Made by a program: the position numbers and the translations under genes. DNA of 64,000 bases from Thermoanaerobaculia bacterium. Lineage in GTDB: Bacteria; Acidobacteriota; Thermoanaerobaculia; Multivoradales; Multivoraceae. The stretch is from contig OY762911.1 in assembly GCA_963666565.1 (NCBI GenBank), positions 4,512,001-4,576,000 of the forward strand, read 5' to 3'. Shown here piece after piece: positions 9,590 through 17,566 of the stretch; position 1 is the stretch's first letter; each line of letters starts with the position of its first letter. The notes under the pieces were generated by a model. The model saw only the letters and a list, made by a program, of their open reading frames with translations, did not search any database and had not been told where the DNA came from.

Positions 9590-11050
9590 ATGACAGATCG
9601 CACACGTCGCTCCGGCGACGCCCTTCTCGCCGAACTCGGCACCGCCCTCGGGGACGACGTCGTCCTCACGGGCGGCGACGTTTCGGCGCGGGCCGGCGAC
9701 GGTTCCGGGACCGTGCCGTGCGCGGCCCGCGCCGTGCTGCGGCCGCGGACGACGGAGCAGCTCTCGGCCGCCCTCGCGGCCTGCCACCGCTTCGGCCAGC
9801 CGGTGATCCCCCAGGGCGGGCTGACCGGGCTGGTCGGCGGCGGCGTCGCCGGCGACCTGGAGGTCGCGATCACGCTGGAGCGGATGAACGCGATCGAGGA
9901 GATCGATCCGGTCGGTCGGACGATGACGGTGCAGGCCGGGGCCGTGCTGCAGAAGATCCAGGAAGCGGCCGAGGCCGAGGACCTGCTCTTCCCGCTCGAC
10001 CTGGGCGCCCGCGGAACCTGCACGATCGGCGGCAACGTGGCGACGAACGCAGGCGGCAACCGGACGATCCGCTACGGCATGACCCGGGACTCCGTGCTCG
10101 GCATCGAAGCCGTGCTCGCCGACGGCACGGTGCTCTCCAGCCTGAACAAGATGGTCAAGAACAACGCCGGCTACGACCTGAAGCACCTGTTCGTCGGCTC
10201 CGAGGGCACGCTCGGGATCGTCACCCGCGTCGTGCTGCGGCTGGAGCGGCGGCCCCGCAGCCACGACTGCGCCCTGCTGGCGGTCCCGGGCTTCACCGAA
10301 GTGGTCGAGCTGCTGCGCCGGCTGGAAGAGGAGATCGGCGGCTCGATGAGCGCCTTCGAGGTCATGTGGCGCGAGTTCTACGAGCTCGTCACCGGCCCGA
10401 AGGCGAGGACGGCGCCGCCGATTCCGCACGGCGACCCCTACTACGTGCTGGTCGAGTCGCTGGGCGCCCGCCCCGAGCAGGACGCGGCGCAGTTCGAGGA
10501 GACGCTCGGCGAGTGCATGGAAGCCGGCCTGATCGGCGACGCGGTGCTCGGCCGGTCCAGAGCCGAGCGCGACGAGATCTGGGCGCTGCGCGACGACGTC
10601 GAGCAGCTCAACCACCTGGCGCCGATCTTCACCTTCGACGTCAGCCTGCGCATCGCCGACATGGAGAGCTACGTCGGCGGCGTCAAGACCGCCCTGACGG
10701 AACGCTGGCCGGAGAGCCGGTGCGTCGTCTTCGGCCACCTCGGCGACGGCAACCTGCACGTGGTCGTCGGCGTCGGCGATGGCTCGCCGCAAGCGCGCAG
10801 CGCGGTCGAGGAGATCGTCTACGGCCGACTCGAGCTGATCGGCGGCTCGGTTTCGGCGGAGCACGGGATCGGCTTCGAGAAGCGGGCCCATCTCGGGCGC
10901 AGCCGGACGCCGGCGGAGATCGAGTTGATGAAGACGCTCAAGCGCACGCTCGACCCGAAGGGCATTCTGAGCCCAGGCCGCGTGTTCGAGGCGGAAGGCG
11001 CGCCAGAGACGGGCGCTCACGCCGGCGCCAGCGTCCGGCTGCCGGCCTAG
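9590..11050 (+). CDS. FAD-linked oxidase (GlcD / D-2-hydroxyacid dehydrogenase family)
   Basis: PQGGLTGLVGG, TIGGNVATNAGG, GSEGTLG, GHLGDGNLH and SAEHGIG motifs. Confidence 0.88.
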   Translation: MTDRTRRSGDALLAELGTALGDDVVLTGGDVSARAGDGSGTVPCAARAVLRPRTTEQLSAALAACHRFGQPVIPQGGLTGLVGGGVAGDLEVAITLERMNAIEEIDPVGRTMTVQAGAVLQKIQEAAEAEDLLFPLDLGARGTCTIGGNVATNAGGNRTIRYGMTRDSVLGIEAVLADGTVLSSLNKMVKNNAGYDLKHLFVGSEGTLGIVTRVVLRLERRPRSHDCALLAVPGFTEVVELLRRLEEEIGGSMSAFEVMWREFYELVTGPKARTAPPIPHGDPYYVLVESLGARPEQDAAQFEETLGECMEAGLIGDAVLGRSRAERDEIWALRDDVEQLNHLAPIFTFDVSLRIADMESYVGGVKTALTERWPESRCVVFGHLGDGNLHVVVGVGDGSPQARSAVEEIVYGRLELIGGSVSAEHGIGFEKRAHLGRSRTPAEIELMKTLKRTLDPKGILSPGRVFEAEGAPETGAHAGASVRLPA

Positions 11051-11154
11051 GAGCTTGCGCCGCAGACGCTGCGAAGCGGCGTCGGACGCACTCGCCCGTC
11101 TTGGGTCAGGAGGTGTCGGCGCCCAGGTGACGCCAGGTTCGACCGGCAGGGACG

Positions 11155-12189
11155 TCAGGCGTACTCGGGGGCCAGTTCGTCCCGCAGGCGCTCGAGCAGT
11201 TCCTTCGTCTTCACGATTCCCTCTTCGGCGGCTATCCGGCCCTCGAACTCGATGCCGACCCAGCCGCGGTAGCCGGCGTCGAGGACGATCCGCATCATCT
11301 CCCGGTAGTCGATCGTCGTCTCGTCGCCGTTCTCGTCGAAGGCGTAGCTCTTGGCGCTGACGGCCTTCGCGAAGGGCATCAGGTCGGTGACGCCCTGGTA
11401 GCGGTCGTACCACTCCTCCGGCTCCTCGGAGACGCGGAAGTTGCCGAAGTCCGGCAGGGAACCGATCCGCGGATGCTCGACCATCGCCAGCGTGCCGGCC
11501 AGCCACTCGCCGTTGCTCGATATGCCGCCGTGGTTCTCGACCAGGACGTCGACGCCGTAGCCGTCGGCGTACTCGCACAACTGGCGAAGCCCGTCCGCGG
11601 CCAGCTTCTGCTGCTCCTCGAACGAGCCCGCGCTCGCCGCGTTCACGCGGATCGAGCGGCAGCCGAGGAAGGCCGCCGCCTCGACCCACTTGTGGTGGTT
11701 CTCGACCGTCTGAGCGCGCTCCGCCGCGTCCGGCGCGCCGATCGATCCCTCCGCGTCGCACATGATGAGCAGGCTCGTCACGCCCTCCCCGTCGCAGCGC
11801 GACTTGAGCTCGGCCAGGTACTCCTCGTCGCGGGCGCGGTCGAAGAAGAATGTGTTCACGTACTCGACCGCCTCGATGCCGAGGCCGCGGGCGCGGGCCG
11901 GGAAGTCGAGGTGGTCCAGTTCGCCCCGGTAGAGGGAGCGAGGGTCGCTCTGGAGAACGTCGCCGAACGAGCCGTCGGCCAACGCGCTCAACGACGGTCC
12001 GAACAGCTCCCGGAAGTACGACCACTCGGCCAGGGAGATGCGGTAGAGGGGCTCGGCGGCCGGCGACGCGGCAGCCGCGTCCTCGCCTTCAGGGGCAGGG
12101 CCGCCATCCATGCAGCCGGCCGCGGCAGCGGCGCCCAGCACGGCGCCCGTCTTGAGGAGATGCCTGCGGTCGATCTTCGCGTTGTACAT
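11155..12189 (-). CDS. Sugar phosphate isomerase/epimerase (xylose isomerase-like TIM barrel) with Tat signal
   Basis: DRRHLLK Tat signal, ISLAEWS, VENHGG, LPDFGNF and VGIEFEG motifs. Confidence 0.85.
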   Translation of the reverse strand: MYNAKIDRRHLLKTGAVLGAAAAAGCMDGGPAPEGEDAAAASPAAEPLYRISLAEWSYFRELFGPSLSALADGSFGDVLQSDPRSLYRGELDHLDFPARARGLGIEAVEYVNTFFFDRARDEEYLAELKSRCDGEGVTSLLIMCDAEGSIGAPDAAERAQTVENHHKWVEAAAFLGCRSIRVNAASAGSFEEQQKLAADGLRQLCEYADGYGVDVLVENHGGISSNGEWLAGTLAMVEHPRIGSLPDFGNFRVSEEPEEWYDRYQGVTDLMPFAKAVSAKSYAFDENGDETTIDYREMMRIVLDAGYRGWVGIEFEGRIAAEEGIVKTKELLERLRDELAPEYA

Positions 12190-12274
12190 GGCCGGAGAGT
12201 GTAGCGCCCCCCTGTCGTCACCGCTCGGCGGCGCGGGTCGCCCCGCGCCGGCCGGATGACCGGCGCACCGACAG

Positions 12275-12370
12275 TTCGTGTGGACGTGCAGGTCGCCGAA
12301 CAAGGCCTGGCGGTCGGCGGGGGCGCCGGTTCCCTGCACGGACGCGTCGGCGGCGGTCGGAGCAGGTCCA
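12275..12370 (-). pseudogene. Remnant of a DUF3604-like gene N-terminus
   Basis: Translates RQALFGDLHVHT, then breaks at a degenerate REP (about 12250-12273). Confidence 0.45.
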
Positions 12371-12442
12371 GACGGTGTCGTGACCGGCGAAACCTCCACG
12401 CTTCATCTCCGTAGTCCTGAGGCAGGAGGAGTACAACTCGAA

Positions 12443-12721
12443 ATGGAAGTCCTTGCCATCCTGACTCTCGGCGCCATCGCCCTCGGGCTGCTCGCCGTCT
12501 TCGCCGCCGTCGCCTTCGTCGCGAAGGTCGCGTTCAACATCGTCCTTCTGCCGTTCAAGGTCATCGGCTTCATCGCCGCCACGCTGCTGGCCGCCATCCT
12601 GATCCCGATCGCGATCGTCGCGCTGCCCGTGGCCCTTGCCGTCGGCGTGGTGATGCTTGTCGTCGGCGGACTGGTCGCGGCCATCTGCGCCGGATTCGGC
12701 CTGCTGGCCGCCGTCTTCTAG
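12443..12721 (+). CDS. Small hydrophobic membrane protein
   Basis: AGGAGG SD then ATG; almost entirely hydrophobic 92 aa. Confidence 0.75.
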   Translation: MEVLAILTLGAIALGLLAVFAAVAFVAKVAFNIVLLPFKVIGFIAATLLAAILIPIAIVALPVALAVGVVMLVVGGLVAAICAGFGLLAAVF

Positions 12722-12752
12722 GGGAGACGGCCTACGGCCGGCGCGACTTCCT

Positions 12753-12792
12753 GGCCGCCTTCGGCGGCAGCGGGTCAGAGGACCCGCGCACC
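12753..12792 (-). repeat. REP-like element
   Basis: Matches the REP consensus. Confidence 0.8.
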
Positions 12793-12822
12793 GACAATGC
12801 GTCGTTCGGCCGACGCCGTTCA

Positions 12823-12998
12823 GCCAGTCCGGGCGCCTGTGGGACGGCTCCCGGCGGACTCGAAGCGAGCGACGCTCGACGCCAGTTCAACTACCGACGC
12901 CGAGCCGGAGCGAGCGGAGTGGAGTGAGCGCCGTCCTTACGTCCTCCTCCGAAGCGCGAACGGCCGCCGGGAGCCGTCCCACAGGCGCCCGGACTGGC
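12823..12998. repeat. Long palindromic element E2 (perfect 35 bp arms, 106 nt loop)
   Basis: 12823-12857 is the exact reverse complement of 12964-12998. Confidence 0.9.
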
Positions 12999-13016
12999 GG
13001 ATGCAGCCGCTTCCAG

Positions 13017-14411
13017 TCAGCGGACCAGGTGCCACTCGGTCTGGCGGCCGGCCAGGTAGAGCACCTGCTCGCCGTCGTAGACGGCGCTCTGTTCCAGCTT
13101 GATCTGGACGTCCTGGCCGCCCCACATCTCGAGCTCGACCTTCACGTTGCCTTCGATCGCGTAGCCGGTGTCGGGGTAGAGCGGCCAGTCGCCCCGGATC
13201 GGCGTCGGTCCCTGGTTGTCCCACATGCCGATGGTGGGTCCCGGGGCGTGGCCGAACGCGCCGAGCGGGTGCGTGTAGGTGCTGGAGCGCAGGCCCTCGT
13301 CGGTGGCGATGGAGATCGTGCCGGCCAGGATCTCGTTGCCCCTACGGCCGGTGCGGAACTCGCCGGTCAGGATGTCCTGCCAGCGGTTGCCGGCGGCCAG
13401 GGCACGCCGCAACTCCGCCGGCGCCTCGCTCTCGCCCAGGCGCAGCACGTAGCCCATCTCTTGCGTGTCGGTACACAGACCGAGGTAACAGATGCCCACG
13501 TCCGTGTGGAGGACGTCGCCGCGCTGGATGACGAAGTCGCCGCTGCCGCCGCAGAAGGGCTCGTCGGCGGCGCAGCCGCTGCCTTCGTCCGCGGCACGGC
13601 GCTGCGCGTTGACCGAGGGCAGGAACCAGATGTCGAGCCCGAGGTCCTCGAACCGTTGGGCGATAAACCAGACGACGTCGTCGGTCGTCGTCGCTCCCGG
13701 AGTGATCGTCCGCTCCGAGAACGCCTCCGCGATGACGCCGCGCGCCACGGAGACGATCCGCGGCCAGGCCTCAAGTTGCAGCGGGCTGCGCGTCTCGAGC
13801 CAGCGCACGACCAGCTCCTCGGCGCTGGTCACCCGCTCCTTGAGCTCCGGCGTCAGCACTTCGAGGAGCCGTTCGTGGAGCGCCGCCGACAGGCCGTCCG
13901 CGACGGGCCAGTGGCGCGACACGTTGACGCCGATCCGCTTCGGATCGCGCGCGGCGATCACCTCGCCCAGCCCCTGCCACTGCTCCTCCAGGTCGCCGCC
14001 CTCCCAGGCCGACTCGTAAAGCGCGTCGTACGGATAGCGGTTGACCGTCAGGAGTTCGAGGCCGCCGTTGTCCGGCCCCCGGTCGAAGAAGACGAGCATC
14101 GTCGTCCGCCGGGCGGCGAACACGGGCCGCGGCACCAGGCTGAAGAACACCGGGTCTTCGTTGTACTCCCGGTTGACGACGAGCCACATGTCGATGCCGG
14201 TCTCGCGCATCAGCTGCGGCAGGAGCTCGTTCAGCCGTTCTTCGAGCATGCGGTTGTAGGGCGCCACCCGGTCCCGATGCGGGAGCACGTGGCCGGGGCC
14301 GTCGAGTACCCGGCCCTGCTCGAAGCCGGCGCTCTGGGCGCCGGCGGGCGTCGCGGCGAGCGCGAGCAGACCGATCGCCGCAATCAGCCTGGGGACAACG
14401 AATCGCTTCAT
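13017..14411 (-). CDS. Secreted M24 family (Xaa-Pro) peptidase
   Basis: Signal peptide; HTDVG..YLGLCTDTQE, YTHPLG..GHAPGP, AIE and LEQ metal ligands. Confidence 0.85.
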   Translation of the reverse strand: MKRFVVPRLIAAIGLLALAATPAGAQSAGFEQGRVLDGPGHVLPHRDRVAPYNRMLEERLNELLPQLMRETGIDMWLVVNREYNEDPVFFSLVPRPVFAARRTTMLVFFDRGPDNGGLELLTVNRYPYDALYESAWEGGDLEEQWQGLGEVIAARDPKRIGVNVSRHWPVADGLSAALHERLLEVLTPELKERVTSAEELVVRWLETRSPLQLEAWPRIVSVARGVIAEAFSERTITPGATTTDDVVWFIAQRFEDLGLDIWFLPSVNAQRRAADEGSGCAADEPFCGGSGDFVIQRGDVLHTDVGICYLGLCTDTQEMGYVLRLGESEAPAELRRALAAGNRWQDILTGEFRTGRRGNEILAGTISIATDEGLRSSTYTHPLGAFGHAPGPTIGMWDNQGPTPIRGDWPLYPDTGYAIEGNVKVELEMWGGQDVQIKLEQSAVYDGEQVLYLAGRQTEWHLVR

Positions 14412-15586
14412 GTTTCCAGTACCTCCAGGCGGCCTGCCACGACCGCCGTCCGAGCCGTCTCCAGCAGACGGCGACGAAAGCCGCCCGCCGTCTCGGCAAG
14501 CTGGGCTGCCTCAAGCGGAAGCTGACCGCCGCCGATCAGCCGGCGGACGACTTCAACTCCGGCGTAGCGGGCAACGAGCGCGCGGTCGACGCCGGATCCC
14601 GCGTCGTCTTCGTCTTCTTCGTCCTCCCGCCCTTCTCCGCCGGCCCTTTCCGAACCCGCGGCCGCCGCCAGGAACGCCGCGACGACCTCCTCCGGCTGCC
14701 CCGCCAGGAGCAGGTGGGCCAAGCCAGTTCCGATGTCGAACTCCGAGTCTCCCGAGCCGCCGTACTGCGGATCCACGACGCGCACGTCGCCGTTCGGCAG
14801 CACGAGCCAGTTCGCGGGATGGAACGCGCCGTGAACCAGGCTGGCGCCGGCGCCGAGGAAGCGGCTGCCCAGCTCGGCGACGGCCTCGCGGAAGCCGCGG
14901 TCCGCCCGCAGCGCGGCTGCCGCGCCGCCCAGGCCGGCCTCCACCGCGTCCAGCGCGGCGGCGTCCGGCGCCGGGCCGTCGGGACCGAAGCCGTTGCCCC
15001 CGGTCGCGTCCGAGCCAAACGGCGCGTCGAACAGCATGCGGTGGCTCAACGCCTTCATGCCGCCGCTCACGCCCTCCGCGTCCCCGTCGCCGCCGTGCGT
15101 GCCGAGCCGAAGCTCCCGCAGGAACCCGCCCAGGGACTCCGCGGCCCCCTCGCCGAGCGAACCGCCCCGGTAGAGCGACGCAAGGTTCGAAGCGCCGCGG
15201 AAGTCCTCAAGCAGCAGCAGGAACCTAGCTTCGTTGGCGGCCATCAGCCGCGGCATGAGAGCCGCCGCCCCGCGCACGCGAGCCACCTCCGCATAGAACG
15301 CGCGCTCGCTTCGCCAGCGATCGGCCGGCATGGCGACCGACTCGTCCCGCCGCAACCACGGCAGCGACTGCTTCAGCACCGCGGTGCGCCACCCCCCGCG
15401 CAGTTCCTGGAGTTCGACCCGCATGACGGTGCTGGACTCGCCACCGAGCGAACTGCAGGTAGTCACCTGCTCCTCGTCGCCCAGCCAGCCAACGGCGCCC
15501 ATCACCAAGTCCACTCGACCCGCCTGGTCGGCCGACAGGACGTGAACTTCGGGGTGTTCCGCCTCGAACTCGCCCCGCCGGTTCAT
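14408..15586 (-). CDS. APH / methylthioribose-kinase-like phosphotransferase-fold protein, catalytic Asp apparently replaced
   Basis: VLKQSLPW, LLLEDF, LVHGAFHPANW (family consensus HGD) and VVDPQY motifs. Confidence 0.7.
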   Translation of the reverse strand: MNRRGEFEAEHPEVHVLSADQAGRVDLVMGAVGWLGDEEQVTTCSSLGGESSTVMRVELQELRGGWRTAVLKQSLPWLRRDESVAMPADRWRSERAFYAEVARVRGAAALMPRLMAANEARFLLLLEDFRGASNLASLYRGGSLGEGAAESLGGFLRELRLGTHGGDGDAEGVSGGMKALSHRMLFDAPFGSDATGGNGFGPDGPAPDAAALDAVEAGLGGAAAALRADRGFREAVAELGSRFLGAGASLVHGAFHPANWLVLPNGDVRVVDPQYGGSGDSEFDIGTGLAHLLLAGQPEEVVAAFLAAAAGSERAGGEGREDEEDEDDAGSGVDRALVARYAGVEVVRRLIGGGQLPLEAAQLAETAGGFRRRLLETARTAVVAGRLEVLET

Positions 15587-15664
15587 CGGCGCAAGCTATC
15601 ACCGGGCAGAGGCCGCCGACGCCAGCAAGGGAAGGCGCCGGCCTGACGGCCGGCCCGTACTCCT

Positions 15665-15704
15665 GGTCGCCTGCGGCGACAGCGGGTCAGAAGACCCGCG
15701 CACC
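15665..15704 (-). repeat. REP-like element (long form from about 15634)
   Basis: Matches the REP consensus with a compensatory GTCGCC/GGCGAC second stem. Confidence 0.8.
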
Positions 15705-15816
15705 GACACCCTGGCTGAACCGACAGCGAACGGCCAGTCGAAGATGTCCAGCCCGACCGGCGAGCGGCCATGACCGCCGCAGCCCCGCGGGGCGCGGATG
15801 CTCCTAGAATGCACCC

Positions 15817-16572
15817 GTGGACGGTGCTCGGAGCGCAACGAACCCGGTGCTGAGGATCGCGATGTGGTCCGGCCCCCGGAACATCTCGACCGCGATGCTG
15901 CGGGCCTGGGGGAACCGCGACGACGCCTTCGTGTGCGACGAGCCGCTCTACGCGAACTACCTGCTCGAACACGGGCTCGACCATCCCGGCCGGGACGAGA
16001 TCCTCGCCAACCACGACAGCGACCTGGAGCGGGTTGTGAGGTGGCTGACGGCGGAAGCGCCGGAAGAGAAGCCGATCTTCTACCAGAAGCACATGGCGCA
16101 TCACCTGCTGCCAGAGACGGACCGATCCTGGGTGGCGAGCCTCATCAACGTCTTCCTGATCCGCGATCCGGCGGAGATGCTGACGTCGCTGATCCACATC
16201 CTCCCGGAACCGAAGCTGTCCGACACCGGCCTGCCCCAGCAGCGGGAACTCTTCGACCTGGAACGGCAACGCCTCGGCCACGCGCCCGCAGTGCTCGACT
16301 CCGCCGACGTGCTGCGCAACCCCCGCGCCGGCCTCGAGAGCCTGTGCCGCGCCGTCGGCGCCGAGTTCGACGAGGCGATGCTGCACTGGCCGCCCGGCCG
16401 CCGCGAGACGGACGGCGTCTGGGCGCCGCACTGGTACGGCGCCGTCGAGAAGAGCACCTGTTTCGCGCCCTACCGGCCCAAGAACGAGCCGGTCCCCGAG
16501 TTCCTTGCCGACGTGCTCGAGAAGTGCCAGCGGCACTACGATCACCTCGCCGCTCATCGCCTCCTCTTCTGA
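15817..16572 (+). CDS. Sulfotransferase-like P-loop protein (Sulfotransfer_5 type)
   Basis: RIAMWSGPRNISTAMLRAW, DEPLYA, YQKHMAHH and DGVWAPHWY motifs. Confidence 0.8.
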   Translation: MDGARSATNPVLRIAMWSGPRNISTAMLRAWGNRDDAFVCDEPLYANYLLEHGLDHPGRDEILANHDSDLERVVRWLTAEAPEEKPIFYQKHMAHHLLPETDRSWVASLINVFLIRDPAEMLTSLIHILPEPKLSDTGLPQQRELFDLERQRLGHAPAVLDSADVLRNPRAGLESLCRAVGAEFDEAMLHWPPGRRETDGVWAPHWYGAVEKSTCFAPYRPKNEPVPEFLADVLEKCQRHYDHLAAHRLLF

Positions 16573-16589
16573 AACCAACCGAACCCGCC

Positions 16590-17489
16590 ATGCTCCAGAA
16601 GGCCAACCCCAGAAACCGGGATCTGCTGATCAACATCGACGGCGAACTGATCCACCGCGACCGCGCCGGGATCAGCCCCTTCGACTCCGCCGTCCAGGGC
16701 GGCGACGCGGTCTGGGAGGGGCTGCGCCTCTACGACGGCCGCATCTTCAAGCTCGAACAGCACCTGGACCGCCTCCGCCACTCGGCGCTGGCGCTGGCCT
16801 TCGCGGAAATCCCGTCGCACGAGGAGATCGTCGGCGAGATCCGCCGCACCCTGGAAGCGAACGGGATGCGGGACAACGTCCACATCCGCCTGACCCTCAC
16901 CCGCGGCGTCAAGATCACCTCCGGCATGGACCCGCGGCTCAACGTCGCCGGGCCCACCCTGATCGTCCTCGCCGAGCACAAGGCGCCGGTCTACGGCGCC
17001 CGGCCGATCCGGCTGATCACCGCCTCGATCCGCCGCTTCCCGCCCGACTGCATGGACCCGAAGATCCACCACGCCAACCTGATCCAGTCCATCCTCGCCA
17101 AGATCGAGGCGAACGCCGCCGGCGCCGACGACGCCCTGATGCTCGACCGCCAGGGCTTCGTCGCCGAAACGAACGCGACCCACGTCTTCCTGGTGCGCGG
17201 CGGCGTCGTGGCGACCAGCCACTGCCACGCCTGTCCCGAGGGAGTGACCCGCTCGACCGTGCTCGAACTCTGCCGGGAGAACGGCATTCCGCACGAGGTG
17301 GTCGACTTCACCCAGGCCGAACTCTACCGGGCCGACGAGGCGTTCTGCACCGGCACGATGGGCGAGCTCGTGGCGGTCGTCGAGGTCGACGGACGCCCGA
17401 TAGGTTGCGGCGACCGGCCGGTGCTGGCGCGGCTGCAGGCGCTGTTCCGGGACCTGACCGCGAGCAGCGGCTATCCCATCCTGGATTGA
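16590..17489 (+). CDS. Class IV aminotransferase (branched-chain / D-amino acid type)
   Basis: DSAVQGGDAVWEGLR, HLDRL, PKIHHANL, AETNATH, EGVTR and ADEAFCTGTMGE motifs. Confidence 0.88.
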   Translation: MLQKANPRNRDLLINIDGELIHRDRAGISPFDSAVQGGDAVWEGLRLYDGRIFKLEQHLDRLRHSALALAFAEIPSHEEIVGEIRRTLEANGMRDNVHIRLTLTRGVKITSGMDPRLNVAGPTLIVLAEHKAPVYGARPIRLITASIRRFPPDCMDPKIHHANLIQSILAKIEANAAGADDALMLDRQGFVAETNATHVFLVRGGVVATSHCHACPEGVTRSTVLELCRENGIPHEVVDFTQAELYRADEAFCTGTMGELVAVVEVDGRPIGCGDRPVLARLQALFRDLTASSGYPILD

Positions 17490-17566
17490 CGCCGGCGGAC
17501 TTCGCAAGGCGCCATGCTCGGCCCCAGCCCCTCACCTCGCGAGAACGCAGCGTCGATTCCCGGAAG

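Noticed and set aside
8140-11130. Very long Arg/Pro/Ala-rich ORFs (also 18205-21363, 41476-44472, 58554-61760 and others)
   Set aside because: They are shadow frames of real genes in high-GC DNA and carry no domain motifs.
11155-12399. 414 aa fusion of a DUF3604 motif to the sugar isomerase
   Set aside because: The Tat signal at 12189 marks the real start; the upstream in-frame stretch crosses a decayed REP and is better read as a remnant.
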